Source: Octopus vulgaris (lineage: Eukaryota). From it: a stretch of DNA of 64,000 bases. The position numbers and the translations under genes were made by a program. The notes under the pieces are model-generated. The model did not search any database, was not told the DNA's origin, and worked only from the letters and a program-made list of their open reading frames with translations. Numbering within the stretch: the first letter of the stretch is position 1; every line of letters starts with the position of its first letter. Below, in pieces: positions 12,611 to 26,070 of this stretch. The DNA is taken from assembly GCA_951406725.2 (NCBI GenBank), contig OX597830.1:18662001-18726000 (forward strand), written 5' to 3'.

Positions 12611-12787
12611 CCATCACCATCTTCATAAATTATGCTGCACTTCACATGGAAACTTTGGTTCTGCAAAGTTGCCTTGGTATATAACTCAACTTATCTCTTT
12701 TGGTTGTAAATACTTTTTACTGCTTGCATTATGTAATTTTCAAGAATTCTTTGATGGACTAATATCTTTATATCAGTAATTGCTATT

Positions 12788-13192
12788 TACTCTTTTACTC
12801 TTTTACTTATTTCAGTCATTTGACTGCGGCCATGCTGGAGCACCACCTTTAGTCGAGCAACTCGACCCCGGGACTTATTCTTTGTAAGCCTAGTACTTAT
12901 TCTATCGGTCTCTTTTGCCGAACCGCTAAGTGACGGGGACATAAACACACCAGCATCGGTTGTCAAGCAATGCTAGGGGGACAAACACAGACAAACAAAC
13001 ATACATGCACATACATATATATACATATATACGATGGGCTTCTTTCAGTTTCCGTCTACCAAATCCACTCACAAGGCTTTGGTCGGCCAGAGGCTATAGT
13101 AGAAGACATTTGCCCAAGGTGCCACACTGTGGGACTGAACCTGGAACCATGTGGTTAGTAAGCAAGCTACTTACCACACAGCCACTCCTGCA
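12788..13192 (-). mobile_element. SINE family A, full length
   Basis: Matches family consensus end to end. Confidence 0.9.
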
Positions 13193-13799
13193 CTATGATC
13201 AATCAATTTAAACTTTGGAGTGTTTTCCCCGGTCTTTCTTAACAGAATTAATCAAGCTAAAAGTTCTTTTCTTTCCCATTATACTTCTAATTTTAATTAT
13301 CATGATATTTTTTTCTGGCTGGTTATATTATGTTATTTTTCATGTTTTTGGACAATTCCTCACTTCCAGTCATCATTTTAAGTTGTCAATATTATCAAGG
13401 CAGCAAACTGGCAGACTTGTTAGCTTAGCAGCATTTTGGCATTTTTGTATTCTTATGTTCTGAATTCAAGTTCCACTGAGGTCAGCTTTGCCTTTTGTCC
13501 TCTCAGGGTCTATGAAGTATGTACTAGTTGAACACTGTGGTCAATATAATTTATCTCATCCCTTGAAATGACTGGCCTTGTGCTAAAATTTGAAACCATT
13601 ATTATTCGTATTTATTCCGTCAAACTTTTTATATCTTGATTTGGTAATTACTGGTGAAGGTTCTGCTTTGCTGAGGAGATCAGATAAGACTGAAATATGT
13701 CCAAAGTTTATCACTGTACTTGCATCAAACTAAATCCCACTCCCTACTACATGTCCACAATAAATTCATGTCAAATGTGTCATTAAATAATTTCTCTAT

Positions 13800-14130
13800 A
13801 TCATTCTTGCTCTCTTCTTCTCTCATTTTCTCTGTCCTTCTCTCGTTTTCGCTCTCTCCTTTCATTTTCTGTCTCTCCTTCTCTCGTTTCTTTCTCTCGT
13901 TTTCTCTCTCCTCTTCTTTTCTCTAACTCTTTCTCTCATTCTAATTCTCTCTCTCTCCTCCTTTTCTCATTTTCTCTCCTTTTCTCTCTCGCCTTTTCTT
14001 GTTTTCTCTCTCTCCTTTTCTCATTTTCTCTCACTCCTTTTCGCGCTTTCTCTCACTCCTTTTCGCGCTTTCTCTCACTCCTTTTCTCTCTCCCCTTCTT
14101 TTGTTCTCTCTCTCTCTCATTCTCTCTCTT
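13800..14130. repeat. CT-rich polypyrimidine low-complexity tract
   Basis: Degenerate ttttctctctcc units. Confidence 0.85.
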
Positions 14131-14512
14131 TATATATAACTGTGTGTGTGTGTGTGTTATTTACACATTCTCCCTTTTAGTTTGGTTTTTAGTGTAGTTT
14201 TTGTCCTAGATGTTTAAGATCCTTTCATTGTCTGATATGGGACTATGTCAAATTAAATTGTTCCCAGCATCTCTGATTTTTATATTCAAGTTTATAAAAG
14301 AATTACTACATTTTAATTGGATCTAGATCAAGGTTTTAGTTTGCTATTAGTGCTGATTCATTAGAAACTTGGTAATTTACAGGAGATATTGGGTTTGGTA
14401 TTAGCTAAAAGTTATATGATGGTGGATTTGTAACATATATTATGCTTCAAAGTTTATTTACAATTTTGAAGATATTTCATCTAGAAAACTGCAAACCTTG
14501 CTTGTAGATTAA

Positions 14513-14733
14513 CCCTTTCGTTACTGGATTTATTTTGAGATGCTCTGTGTTTCTTTTAATTATTTTGAATCTAACAAAGAATTTAGTAAAATAACTTGGT
14601 TATCATTCAGCTAGTGTCAGGAACATAAATTATGACAAAGGTTTGGTGGAAGATTTTAATTCAAAACTTATGAAAACAAGACATTTGCACTACAGAGCCA
14701 GAGCTGGTTTCAGCCGGGTTGGTAATGAAAGGG
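14513..14733. mobile_element. piggyBac-type MITE family D
   Basis: TTAA-ccctttcgttac...gtaatgaaaggg-TTAA. Confidence 0.9.
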
Positions 14734-15182
14734 TTAAATAACTTGCAAGTTGCAAATAATATGAAATATACAATAACACATTTTCCCTTCAAGCATTTTC
14801 AACATTCTTTTGATTTGCAGCACCTTAACTCTTTGACTAAAGATATCAGTACTAATGTGTGCGTGTGTACGTGTACGTGCATGTAAATCAACATGTGATC
14901 ACAAAAGAATTGACATGTAGTAGAGTTCGTTAATTTATTTAAAGTTAGATCTTCACATCACCACTTCTCAGAGTTTCCAATTTCTATTCACTTTGTTGCA
15001 AGCTTGAGTACCATGCTCCATGCCGATCACAACCCCACTCTGCACTCATGGCACAAATTAAATGGCACAATTCTATATCTGCTTGATAATTTAATTTTCT
15101 ATCATCCATAGTCTCCAATCCAGTTTAGACCCACACACTGCCTCATGCAATTACACAAATTATGCATCCTACTTTTCTTTAA

Positions 15183-15627
15183 CCTTTTCGTTACCAACCC
15201 AGCTGAAACCGGTTATGGCTCTGAGTACAGATATCTTGTTTTCATAAGTTTTGAATTAAAATCTTCCACTAAACCTTAGTCACAATTTATGTTCCTAACA
15301 CTAACTAAATGACGACTAAGTTATTTTACTAAATTTTTTGTTATATTTAAAATAATTGATGGAATAATTTAAATCTTCCATCAAACCTTAGTCACAATTT
15401 ATGTTCCTAACACTAGCTTAATGACAACTAAGTTATTTTACTAAATTCTTTGTTATATTTAAAATAATTGATGGAATAATTTAAATCTTCCACCAAACCT
15501 TAGTCACAATCTATGTTCCTAACACTAGCTGAATGATAACTTAAGTTATTTTACTAAATTCTTTGTTATATTTAAAGTAATTGAAAGAAACACAGAGCAT
15601 CTCAAAATAAATACGGTAATGAAAGGG
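15183..15627. mobile_element. piggyBac-type MITE family D with internal 112-bp tandem triplication
   Basis: TTAA flanks; aaatcttcca..aaaccttagtcacaat at 15259, 15371 and 15483. Confidence 0.9.
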
Positions 15628-16825
15628 TTAAGGTACAAATCTCCCAACTATTATCCCTAGTTCATTTGTGTCATCTATTCTACACACTTTACTCAAACTT
15701 TACTCTGAAAATTAATGCCATTACCTTATACCTCCAAATATATTTGTTTCCTCTATTACTCTTAAGACCCCTCTAACCATTAACAAATCTTCAACCATGA
15801 TCTCTCCCTTCACTGAGGATATCTAGTTCCCTTCATCCCTCTCTAAAATGATGACTTCAGTATCCACAGTTTTTGATTCTCACTCTCTCTCCCCATACCG
15901 ATGCCACCAATACACAAAGATAAACTTTGCTATATAAGATAAACAAGGCTATAGTAGAAGACACTTGCCCAAGGTGCCACGCAGTGGGACTGAACCCGGA
16001 ACCATGTAGTTGGTAAGCAAGCTACTTACCACACACAGCCACAGAAGTTTACCACAAATGTTCTCTTTCTCACTGATTTTAAATGAAATTTTCTCATCTC
16101 TTAGGCAACTGAGATTGAGAAAAGTACAGTGTTTTGTTTTTCTGTTGCAGACAACTGTATCAGAGCTGTTGTGTTTGTATTATGTGTGTATTTGGTAGAA
16201 ATTTTGATGATTCTTTGTGATGGAATGTATGAATGTATTCACTATCAGAAATATTGTTTATATTTGTCCCAGAGAAATATTTTCTACAAATAATGTTGTA
16301 TATTGTTTTACTAAAAACTTGATGTCACATAGGAAGGTGATATTTTGATAACATTTTAGGACAACTGCTGTTCACATGTATATTTTCCACACACTTGATG
16401 TTCTCATTTGTATCTTGGAGGTTTAAGGACTTTGCAGTATCTTTTGTTTAGCAAATATTTTGTAGCCATCACCGAGTCTTAGATTGCAACAGTATATCCT
16501 TTGAAGTGGGATGTATGTAATAATGATGCATCCAAGAATATCGACATCATTCTCGAGTTTATGGAAAACAGCCATGCATAATCTTTTATTGGTGTACTGA
16601 ATGTTTCATTCAACAGTTTTGGGGTCAAGTGGAAATTTATCAAAAACCTAGTCTTTTTCTTATAAGTTCAGTCTCAATAAGGAAGGTGTTCTCTTAATTT
16701 TTGTGTGTTTGGTAAAGGTATGTGTTTTTGTTGCTGTTGGTGCAAATACTATATGAGTAATAGTGTACATCACTCAGATGTTGTATGAACTAATCTCAAG
16801 TCTCATCCATCACTGTTTCTTCTGA

Positions 16826-17073
16826 GATCATCATCATCATCATTTAGCATCTGCTTTCCATGCTAGCATGGGTTGGACGGTTCAACTGGGGTCTGGGAAG
16901 CCAGAAGGCTGCACCATGCCCAGTCTGACCTGGCAATGTTTCTACGGCTGGATGCCCTTCCTAACGCCAACCACTCCGTGAGTGTAGTGGGTGCTTTTTA
17001 CATGCCACTGGCACAGGTGTCAGGGGAGGCTGGCAAACGGCCATGATCAGATGGTGCTTTTTACGTGCCACCG
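16826..17073 (-). mobile_element. Retroposon family C 3' fragment with (ATG)n tail
   Basis: ggttggcgttaggaagggcatccagc motif; other copies at ~23160-23397, 26641-27060, 32945-33161, 35422-35646, 36760-36993, 52190-52390, 54320-54523. Confidence 0.8.
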
Positions 17074-17815
17074 AGATAAAGTTAATGAATAACACTATTA
17101 TTGTGGAAGCTTATAAACTTCAGGATTTTGTGGGTTTTGATACAACTGAAGCAGATTTCTTCTCTATTCCATTGAAGAATCCTTATTGTTGGTATCAGTA
17201 CTAATACAGCAACTGTATAGTGAGCTATTGTTTTGTTGTAAGAGAAAAACTGTGACTGCCATATATCTTAAGTTTCATATAAAATTTTCTGAATACTTAT
17301 TTTTGTCCACAGCATCATTATATAATATAATTTCATCAATACAAAGGTATTTGCAGCTCTCTTTGGAATAGCAGAGATAGAAAATCTGTGGGTGTTAATG
17401 GTTTACATTTGGAAGATGGGTTTTCCAACGTTCAACAATCAACTATGAACAGTTTCTTTTGCCAAATTCTATCGCTATATCAGCTGAAAATGTTATTAAA
17501 TCCAGCTGTTTCTTAGTGTATATCTGAAGATAATCATCAAAGATATATAAATATATATATATAATATTTATATATATATATATCTTTATATATGTGTTTG
17601 TGTGTGATGCACACACACACACACAAACACTTGTATACTTGTAGGAAAATAGCATAATACACTAGAGATCATTCAATCTAGTTAACAAAATAGAATAACA
17701 TTAAGACTATAAGAATATGATGGGGCATATGCAAGTCTGAGAGCTGAATACTCACAATTTTGATTAATTGGATCACAGTCACATTCCATGCAACAACCTA
17801 GTCTGATTAATACAT

Positions 17816-18045
17816 ATTTCTTTATTACCCACAAGGGGCTAAACATAGAGGGGACAAACAAGGCCAGACATAGGTATTAAGTCAATTACATCGACCCCAG
17901 TGCGTAACTGGTACTTATTTAATCAACCCCGAAAGGATGAAAGGCAAAGTCGACCTCAGCTGAATTTGAACTCAGAACGTAACGGCAGACGAAATACCGC
18001 TAAGCATTTCACCCAGCGTGCTAACGATTCTGCCAGCTCGCCACC
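17816..18045 (-). mobile_element. Nin-domain-like SINE, full length with TSD
   Basis: Flanked by ctagtctgattaataca direct repeat. Confidence 0.88.
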
Positions 18046-18770
18046 CTAGTCTGATTAATACAGTGCTCAATCAGGTTGTGCGTGTGTGTGGGTGGGTGGG
18101 TTTGATGTTACAAACCTATAAGTACTATCGCACAAAGCTTTTAACCCTACCATCACTTTGTAACTTCTGCCAGTTGTGTATGTGTGTGTTTGTGTGTCTT
18201 TGTCTCTGTGTTTGTCCCCCACCCCACTGCTTGACAATCGCTGTTGATGTGTTTATGACCTGTAACTTAGCAATTCGGCAAAAGACACTGACAGACTAAA
18301 TATCGGGCTTAAAATAAAAATTAGTATCGGGGGTCAATTTGTTTCACTAAAATTCTTTAAGTTGGTACTCCAGCATGGCCACGCTGAAGTGTGGCATCAG
18401 GAATAATGGCTAAGGAGTGAAGGATGACCAATGATGCATGAGATGGGGGAGGTAAGAGAAGTAAAAGATAATTGGTAGCTGAGAATAGTGGAAGAGTGCA
18501 GCAGAATAGTAATGAAGATATGGTAGGCAGCAAAAAGAAGAGAGAGAGAGAGAGAAAAGACCTGTGGTTGAGTAGATTGCAAGAAGAGGGAGAGCAGGCA
18601 TGGTGCATAAGGTGAGTGAACAATGTATGGTTGTGGAGGAGGAAAGATAATTTATGAACTCTATGGTGGAATGTGTATGACTTTTTTTTAATTAGCAAAA
18701 AAGCTACAAAAGTGATTTCAGGCTTGAATGTTTTTAAGCATAGCATTTATCACATTTTTCTACCAATTAA

Positions 18771-18992
18771 CCCTTTCGTTACCATATTTATTTTTGAGAT
18801 TCTCTGAGTTTCTTTCAATTATTTTAAATATAACAAAGAATTTAGTAAAATGACTTAGTTATCATTAAGCTAGTGTTAGGAACATAACTCGTGACTAATG
18901 TTTGGAGGAAAATTTTAATTCAAAACTTATGAAAACAAAACATTTGTACTACAGAGCCAGAGCTGGTTTCAGCTGGGTTGGTAACGAAAGGG
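18771..18992. mobile_element. piggyBac-type MITE family D
   Basis: TTAA TSD and TIRs ccctttcgttacca / tggtaacgaaaggg. Confidence 0.9.
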
Positions 18993-19513
18993 TTAATGCA
19001 CAATCCCTTCCACCAGAACTTCTTCAGCATTGCTAAAGCAAACCTACCAATCATTACTCAAAGTAAGGAATTAAGAGATATCATTACAGACCAAACTATA
19101 ACTCTCAGTAAAAGACAGCCTAAACCTTGAAAAAGTTATTAACAAAGGCAAGGTTTGACCTTCGCAACAAAGACTAACCTTTCACTATGTCTAAATGCAA
19201 TGATAGCTGATGTGGTACATGCCAATTAATTCACACAGGCCCATATATGAACTCAAAAAATTGTGAAGAACTGTATGTTGGCCAAACAGGCAATGCACTA
19301 TCAGAATGGTCATGTGTGCACCGACAACTAATTGAAAATCCAGAAATCTGCCAAATACCGCTGAGTAACCACCTAGCAACATGTGGCTTGAAAATATTTA
19401 TAATATTTCCATAAATATTTCCATAAATATTTTCATAAACTATACAATCTGAATGAAAGTGAAAGAAAACTGAAAGAAAAGGACTTCATTGATAAATTCA
19501 AACCCAAGTTTAA

Positions 19514-20166
19514 CCCTTTTGTTACTAACCCGGCCAAAACCAGCTCTGGCTCTGGTAAAATGTCTTGTTTTCATAAGTTTTGAATTAAAATATTCCAACA
19601 AGCCTTAGTCGTTAATTTAATTTAATTCTACTATATGGCTCAGAAACATGGACGTTATCAAAGAAGCTTGAGAGACGGTTGGATGGAACCTACACTCGCC
19701 TCCTTTTGAGAGCTCAAAATCTCTCGTGGAAGCGTCATCCAACCAAAATGCAAATATATGGGAAACTACCACCTCTGTCATCTCTTGTGAAAGGTAGGAG
19801 AGTCCAGTTTGCTGGACATTGTTGTAGAGCTGAAAACGAGGTAATTTCTACTCTTCTCCTCTGGAAGCCATCTACTCGCAATACCAGAGGGCGCACACTC
19901 TCCTACCCTGATGTAATATCCAGGGATACAGGTATCCAGCAACAGGACCTCCGGAATGCCATGATGGACCGTGAAGTCTGGCGTAGCATGGTAAATTCCA
20001 TTGTCTCGACCACGGTCGAACAATGATGATGATGAAGCCTTAGTCACAATTTATGTTCCTAACACTAGATTAATGATAACTAAGTTATTTTACTAAATTC
20101 TTTGTTATATTTGAAATAGTTGAAAGAAACACAGAGCATCTCAAAATAAATACGGTAATGAAAGGG
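19514..20166. mobile_element. piggyBac-type MITE family D split by a LINE insertion
   Basis: TTAA at 19510 and 20167; the two halves rejoin across the TSD. Confidence 0.9.
19611..20034 (+). mobile_element. 5'-truncated RTE-clade LINE (RT C-terminal region)
   Basis: LLYGSETWTLSKKLERRLDGTYTRLL...FAGHCCR...MMDREVWR; (TGA)n tail; 11-bp TSD aagccttagtc at 19600 and 20035. Confidence 0.9.
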
Positions 20167-20692
20167 TTAATAAACAATAATCTTATTTAAGGTTTAAAAG
20201 TCTTATCCCCATATCTAAAAAATAAAAATCTCTAAAAAGAACTGCTGTCATCATTTCCAAAATAAACACTTAAAAATGGTATGGCATCATTTCTTAAAAT
20301 AGCCAAGCAACTACTGTTTCTATCCACAGGAATGTATCTAAAGGACAAAAATTTAACCAGTCAACCACAGTTGAAACCAATGAACACAACTGTGACCACC
20401 ACCATATGAACCTCAAGCAAGTGAATATGTGTGTGTTGGGGTCTTTGTGTTTCCTTGTATTGACATCATGTGGTAATTGTAAACAAATTTCATTGTCATA
20501 TAAACTGTATTATTCATTTCCAATCTGGCATGAAAACATGTCTGGCCATGGGAAAATATTAACTTGCATATAAACAGGTGAAGGTTAGTGACAGGAAGGA
20601 CATCTCATCATAAAAACAGTTGCCAGAACAAAATCCGTGTAACCCACATAAACATAGAGCGGAGGATATTAAACCGATATCAATATTTGATA

Positions 20693-21285
20693 TAAGGCGG
20701 CGAGCTGGCAGAATCGTTAGCACGCCGGGCAAAATGCTTATTGGTATTTCATCTGCCGCTACGTTCAAATTCCGCCGAGGTCGACTTTGCCTTTCATCCT
20801 TTCGGGGTCAATTAAATAAGTACCAGTTACACACTGGGGTCGATATAATCGACTTGATCTGTTTGTCCTTGTTTGTCTTCTCTGTGTTTAGCCCCTTGTG
20901 GGTAGTAAAGAAATAGGTATTTCGTCTGCCGCTACATTCTGAGTTCAGATTCCGCCGAGGTCGACTTTGCCTTTCATCCTTTCAGGGGTCAATAAATTAA
21001 GTACCAGTTATGCACTGGGGTCGATATAATCAACTTAATCTGTTTGTCCTCTCTGTGTTTAGCCCCTTGTGGGTAGTAAAGAAATAGGTGAGCTGGTAGA
21101 ATCATTTGCATGCCAAGTGTAATTTTGTCTCTCCTTACATTCTGAGTTCAAATTCTGCTGAACTTGACTTTGCCTTTCTTCCTTTTGGAGTCAATAAAAT
21201 AATGACCATTTGAGCACTGGGATCAATCTAATTGACTAACCCCCTCCTTCAGAATTTCTGGCCTTGCACCAAAATTTGAAGCCAA
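20693..21285 (+). mobile_element. Head-to-tail array of Nin-domain-like SINE units
   Basis: Full copy, then restart at ggtatttcgtctg after aagaaata, then an older copy. Confidence 0.85.
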
Positions 21286-21338
21286 TATCAATAATAACAC
21301 ACACATACACAAGACATCATAATGGAGAATTATACACT

Positions 21339-21584
21339 TGTTGTTTGGACGCCCCCAGACAATGAAGTAGGCTAGCCCAATACGTAGATATAGAGGGAGA
21401 AGTCTAGACGTCAGAGTTGAGTAGAGGTCGTCTGAATATGCGATGTAACAGTGGCGACAAAGATGAGATCCACCGTTATATCGCATGTTCAGATGACCTC
21501 TACTCAACTCTGACGTCTAGACTTCTCCCTCTATATCTACGTATTGGGCTAGCCTACTTCATCATCCGGGGGTGTCACACAACA
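21339..21584. mobile_element. Almost fully palindromic TGT...ACA element with 5-bp TSD
   Basis: ~115-bp arms, short loop; acact at 21334-21338 and 21585-21589. Confidence 0.8.
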
Positions 21585-21959
21585 ACACTTTCAAAAATTT
21601 TTTTTATCTATTTTCTTCATATTCCATTCCAACACATGCTTTTGCTGAGTAAGTGTCCTTGTGCCTTTAATGTAGCAGTTATGTGCATTAAGGTGTTATC
21701 CATAAAGGTAGGTGAAGCAAACTGCGTAAAATTCTATAGGGTCGTTGACCTTTGGATTTGAATATGTTAGTTAATTTAATATAAATCAACTAAATACACA
21801 TAACTGCTAAATCAAAGGACACTTGGACACTTATCCAGCAGAAATACAAATCAAAATGGAATATAAAGAAAACATTTTAATTAAAAAATTTTGAGGATGT
21901 ATGATTCTCCATTCTTCATTATGATGTCTGTTTGAAATCCAATGAAGCAAACGTGAGAT

Positions 21960-22295
21960 TTACCTACTGAATGAAAGAAATACAGTTTAGATTTCGTTTT
22001 TGGATTTGGTTTGCAAGATTCTTTATATGAGTTCGTGTGTTGAAGCATGTTCTGTTGTGTCTGGGGAGAGTCATTTTCTTTTTGTGCCTTATTATTTAAC
22101 ACACTCACCGGTAAAATTTCCACTTATTTCTTATTTTTATTTTCCTAAAATTTTCATTGCGTCTTGCAACGTTTGAAAAGGTTGCAAGATGCAACGAAAA
22201 TTTTAATAAAAATAAGAAAAAAGTGGAAATTTTACCAGTGAGTGTGTATATATTATAAAGCACAAAAAGAAAATGACTCTCCCCAGACACAACAG
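21960..22295. mobile_element. Fold-back PLE-like element with HHR-like motif (U3:A8)
   Basis: Arms 22053-22170 / 22181-22295; TTGAAAA g gttgc-aagat-gcaac GAAA at TT at 22173-22203. Confidence 0.65.
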
Positions 22296-23013
22296 TTTAG
22301 ATGTTTATTTCAAAAGATTCTTAATGCTCCCTAATGTGGTTAGCCAGATCTGGATTGTATCAGAATTCTCATAAGGTATCTGCCCAGATTTTAAACACCA
22401 ATTCCTGTATGTGCTTTACACACACACACATGTATATGATATGGATTGCTTTCACTTACACACACATACAATACGAACACATTTCCTCTCTGTCTCTTCC
22501 TCTTTCATTTACAAACTTCCTTTTGTTCTCTCCTTTATATGCATTCATGATCAGAAACAAAACACACATACATATGTATATATATATTTTTTTTTAACAG
22601 ACCCTTCTCCATGCTAGGATGCCTTCCACAGTAATTAATTTCATGACACAATTTTATGGCTGGATGCTTCCTTTTCCTGTGCCTTTAAGTCTTTAGCGTT
22701 AAGATTATTCTATAAAATGTAATACTTATTTATTCCCATTGTTTTCAATTAATCATGCAATATCTTGTAGCTTTTAGATTTTATTGATGTGATTGAATGA
22801 CATTGTAGGGTCGGGTATAAGAGGCTGGATCTGTCTGGTTTGAACATACAACAGAATATTTTTGCTGGGATATGTCTAGTTTAAATGATAAAGGGTTAAA
22901 GAAGTTTTACATAATACAGGACCTTGAATGTGCAGAGAGACTTGTCAAAATCTCAACAAGGAATGCTAATATCAGCACTACTTCGGTCAAATAACAATAA
23001 GCAAAACATTAAT

Positions 23014-23048
<35 letters not shown>

Positions 23049-23568
23049 TGTTCACATACATGAACACACATATACACAGGCATAATATGTGTACATACCT
23101 ATGCAACATACGTATACATACATGTCATACATTGTCATGTGTACACTTATATATATATAAAAAGCACCATCCGAATGTGGCTGATGCCAGTGCCGCCTTG
23201 ACTGGCTTCTGTGCCAATGGCACGTAAAAGGCACCCACTACACACACGGAGTGGTTGGCATTAGAAAGGGCATCAAGCTGTAGAAACACTGCCAGATCAA
23301 GACTGGAGCCTGGTGCAGCCTCCTGGCCTCCCAGACTCCAGTCAAACCGTCCAACCCATGCTAGCATGGAAAACGGACGTTAAACAATGATGATGATATA
23401 TACACACACAGACACACACACACACTCTTGGCTATGTATTAAATGTGTAAGTAACAATAGGAAAAGGTAGGGTTTTAAGGCCAAGAAAGAGACCAGTTAA
23501 TATGTATTTTTATAAATACAATCTGTAAGCCGACTATACATATACATCATACATAGTCATACTACACA

Positions 23569-24248
<680 letters not shown>

Positions 24249-25707
24249 CTGGAATAAATACACACACGTATATTTTACATACATACACTTAACTATGTTT
24301 GCAAATGTTTAAGTGACAGTCTGGAAAAGTTTTAAAGCAAAGAAAATGTTCATCCAACTTGCACTTTACAAATTTAGTCTGTTTGGTAAACGGAACAGTA
24401 AAAATATGCAAGACTTCTCTAAAGTTTACTGTTTTGTTCTTGTTGCTATTGAAATACCGGTAATTGTCAAAAACCAATTCTTTCTTAGTAGGAAGAACTA
24501 GAATGATGATAGATAGAAAAGAACATGTAGGTATGCATATAAGTTAAGGCACATGCGTGTGTGTGTGTGCGTGCGTGTGTGTGTGTGTGTGTGTGTGCAT
24601 GTGCATGTGTGGGTGTGGGTATGTGTGTGCATGTGTCTGTGTGTGTGCGCTCATTTTGCATCCACATGGCTTTTCAATCCAGTCTCCCTGCACAGCACCT
24701 TGGGCAAGTGTCTTCTACTCTATCTCTAGACTGACCAAAGCCTTGTGAATGAATTCAGCTGATGGAAACTGTATGGAAGCCTGTCATGTGTGTGTGTGTG
24801 ATGTTGTCCCTCACAGTTTGACCACCAGTGTTGGTTTGTTTACATCCTCATAACCTAGCACTTCAGCAGCAGAGAGTGATAGAATATGTTACCAGGCTTA
24901 AAAACACTAAGTACGGGTGATGTTTTATTCAACTAAACCCTTCAAAGCAGTGACCCAGCATGGCCACAACCCAATCAGTGAAACAAAGACATCAGTCAGT
25001 CAGGGATATGTTTTTCTGACTCAATAACAATTGTCCAACCTTATTCCCAGTGGCCAAGGGACCAGTTTCACCCACCAGGCTTTGGTCTACCTGCCCTGGG
25101 ACATCATGTCGTGGGACCAGCCCTAAAACCTGATTATGAAATAAACTTCTCAATCATTCGGCTGTGCCGTTTTCCATTCATCCACCATATATCAATCACA
25201 GATGCACCATCTTCTCGTGGTCATATTTCACTCACAGATACTTCACTCCACCCCTCCTTCTCACAGCTGTTTTCCTCCACCTTGCTCTCATCACCATATG
25301 TTAATCTGATACTCTTTGTTGTCACCATTCGTCATTCATATATGGTCCCACATCCCCATTCTCACCGTATGTCAGTGCTTCATGGTTCACTCTTGTCAAC
25401 ATATGGCAGCAGTCATAGATACTCCAACTCACTGTGGTTGCCATCTGCTTCTTACTGATGCATTTTCTTGCTCTTGTAAACCATGCCAGTCACAAATTCT
25501 CTATTTTGCACTTACATACATGCACATATACATATATATGTATGGGTGTGTGTGTGTGTGCACATACATGTGCATATACATACATACATGTTCATATATA
25601 CATACATGCACACATACATATATATACATGATGCATATGTATATAAATGTATACTTATATACATATATACATGCATATGAATATGCATACCCAGATACAT
25701 ATATACA

Positions 25708-25741
<34 letters not shown>

Positions 25742-25770
25742 GTATATATATATATACATATATACATATG

Positions 25771-26070
25771 TGTGGCGGCACAATGGCCCAGTGGTTAGGG
25801 TAGTGAACTCGCAGTTTTGATTCCCAGACTGGGCGTTGTGAGTGTTTATTGAGCGAAAACACCTAAAGCTCCACGAGGCTCCAGCAGGGGCTGGTGGCGA
25901 TCCCTGCTGTACTCTTTCACCACAACTGTCTCTCACTCTTTCTTCTGTTGGCCTGCTCACTTCGCCAGCGGGGTGGCGTCATTTAAAGGCTAAAACAATG
26001 TGAAGCGCATTGTGACCAGCGATGTGTAGCAACATCCGATAGCCTTGTTGGTCACAGTGATCATGGTGAT
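25771..26070 (+). mobile_element. tRNA-derived SINE
   Basis: tggcccagtggttaggg A box, ttttgattccc B-box-like, body shared with 1260-1446. Confidence 0.75.

Larger units (their letters stand above)
18997..20398 (+). mobile_element. Decayed Penelope-like element 3' part (GIY-YIG endonuclease), interrupted by a MITE and an RTE fragment
   Basis: Frameshifted translation HNP...LSKRQPK/LKKLLTKARF...LYVGQTGNAL...HRQ...LSNHLATC...RKLKEKDFIDKFKPKFN; 3' flank homologous to 44500-44735. Confidence 0.75.

Noticed and set aside
12960-13211. Recurring peptides such as [29 protein letters not shown], suggesting a gene family
   Set aside because: Antisense translations of the non-coding family A SINE.
13645-13705. 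CTGGTGA...GAAAtatgTC hammerhead-like string
   Set aside because: Invariant A6 is altered and stems I and II are not convincing.
16050-17530. Coding-looking region including an IENLW peptide at ~17377
   Set aside because: The SPDLNP motif is absent and the frames I translated have many stops; possibly an old transposon, but not assignable.
18385-18690. Possible LINE C-terminal remnant on - strand
   Set aside because: Too degenerate to show diagnostic motifs.
21223-21761. Two near-identical ORFs on opposite strands
   Set aside because: A consequence of the 21339-21584 palindrome.
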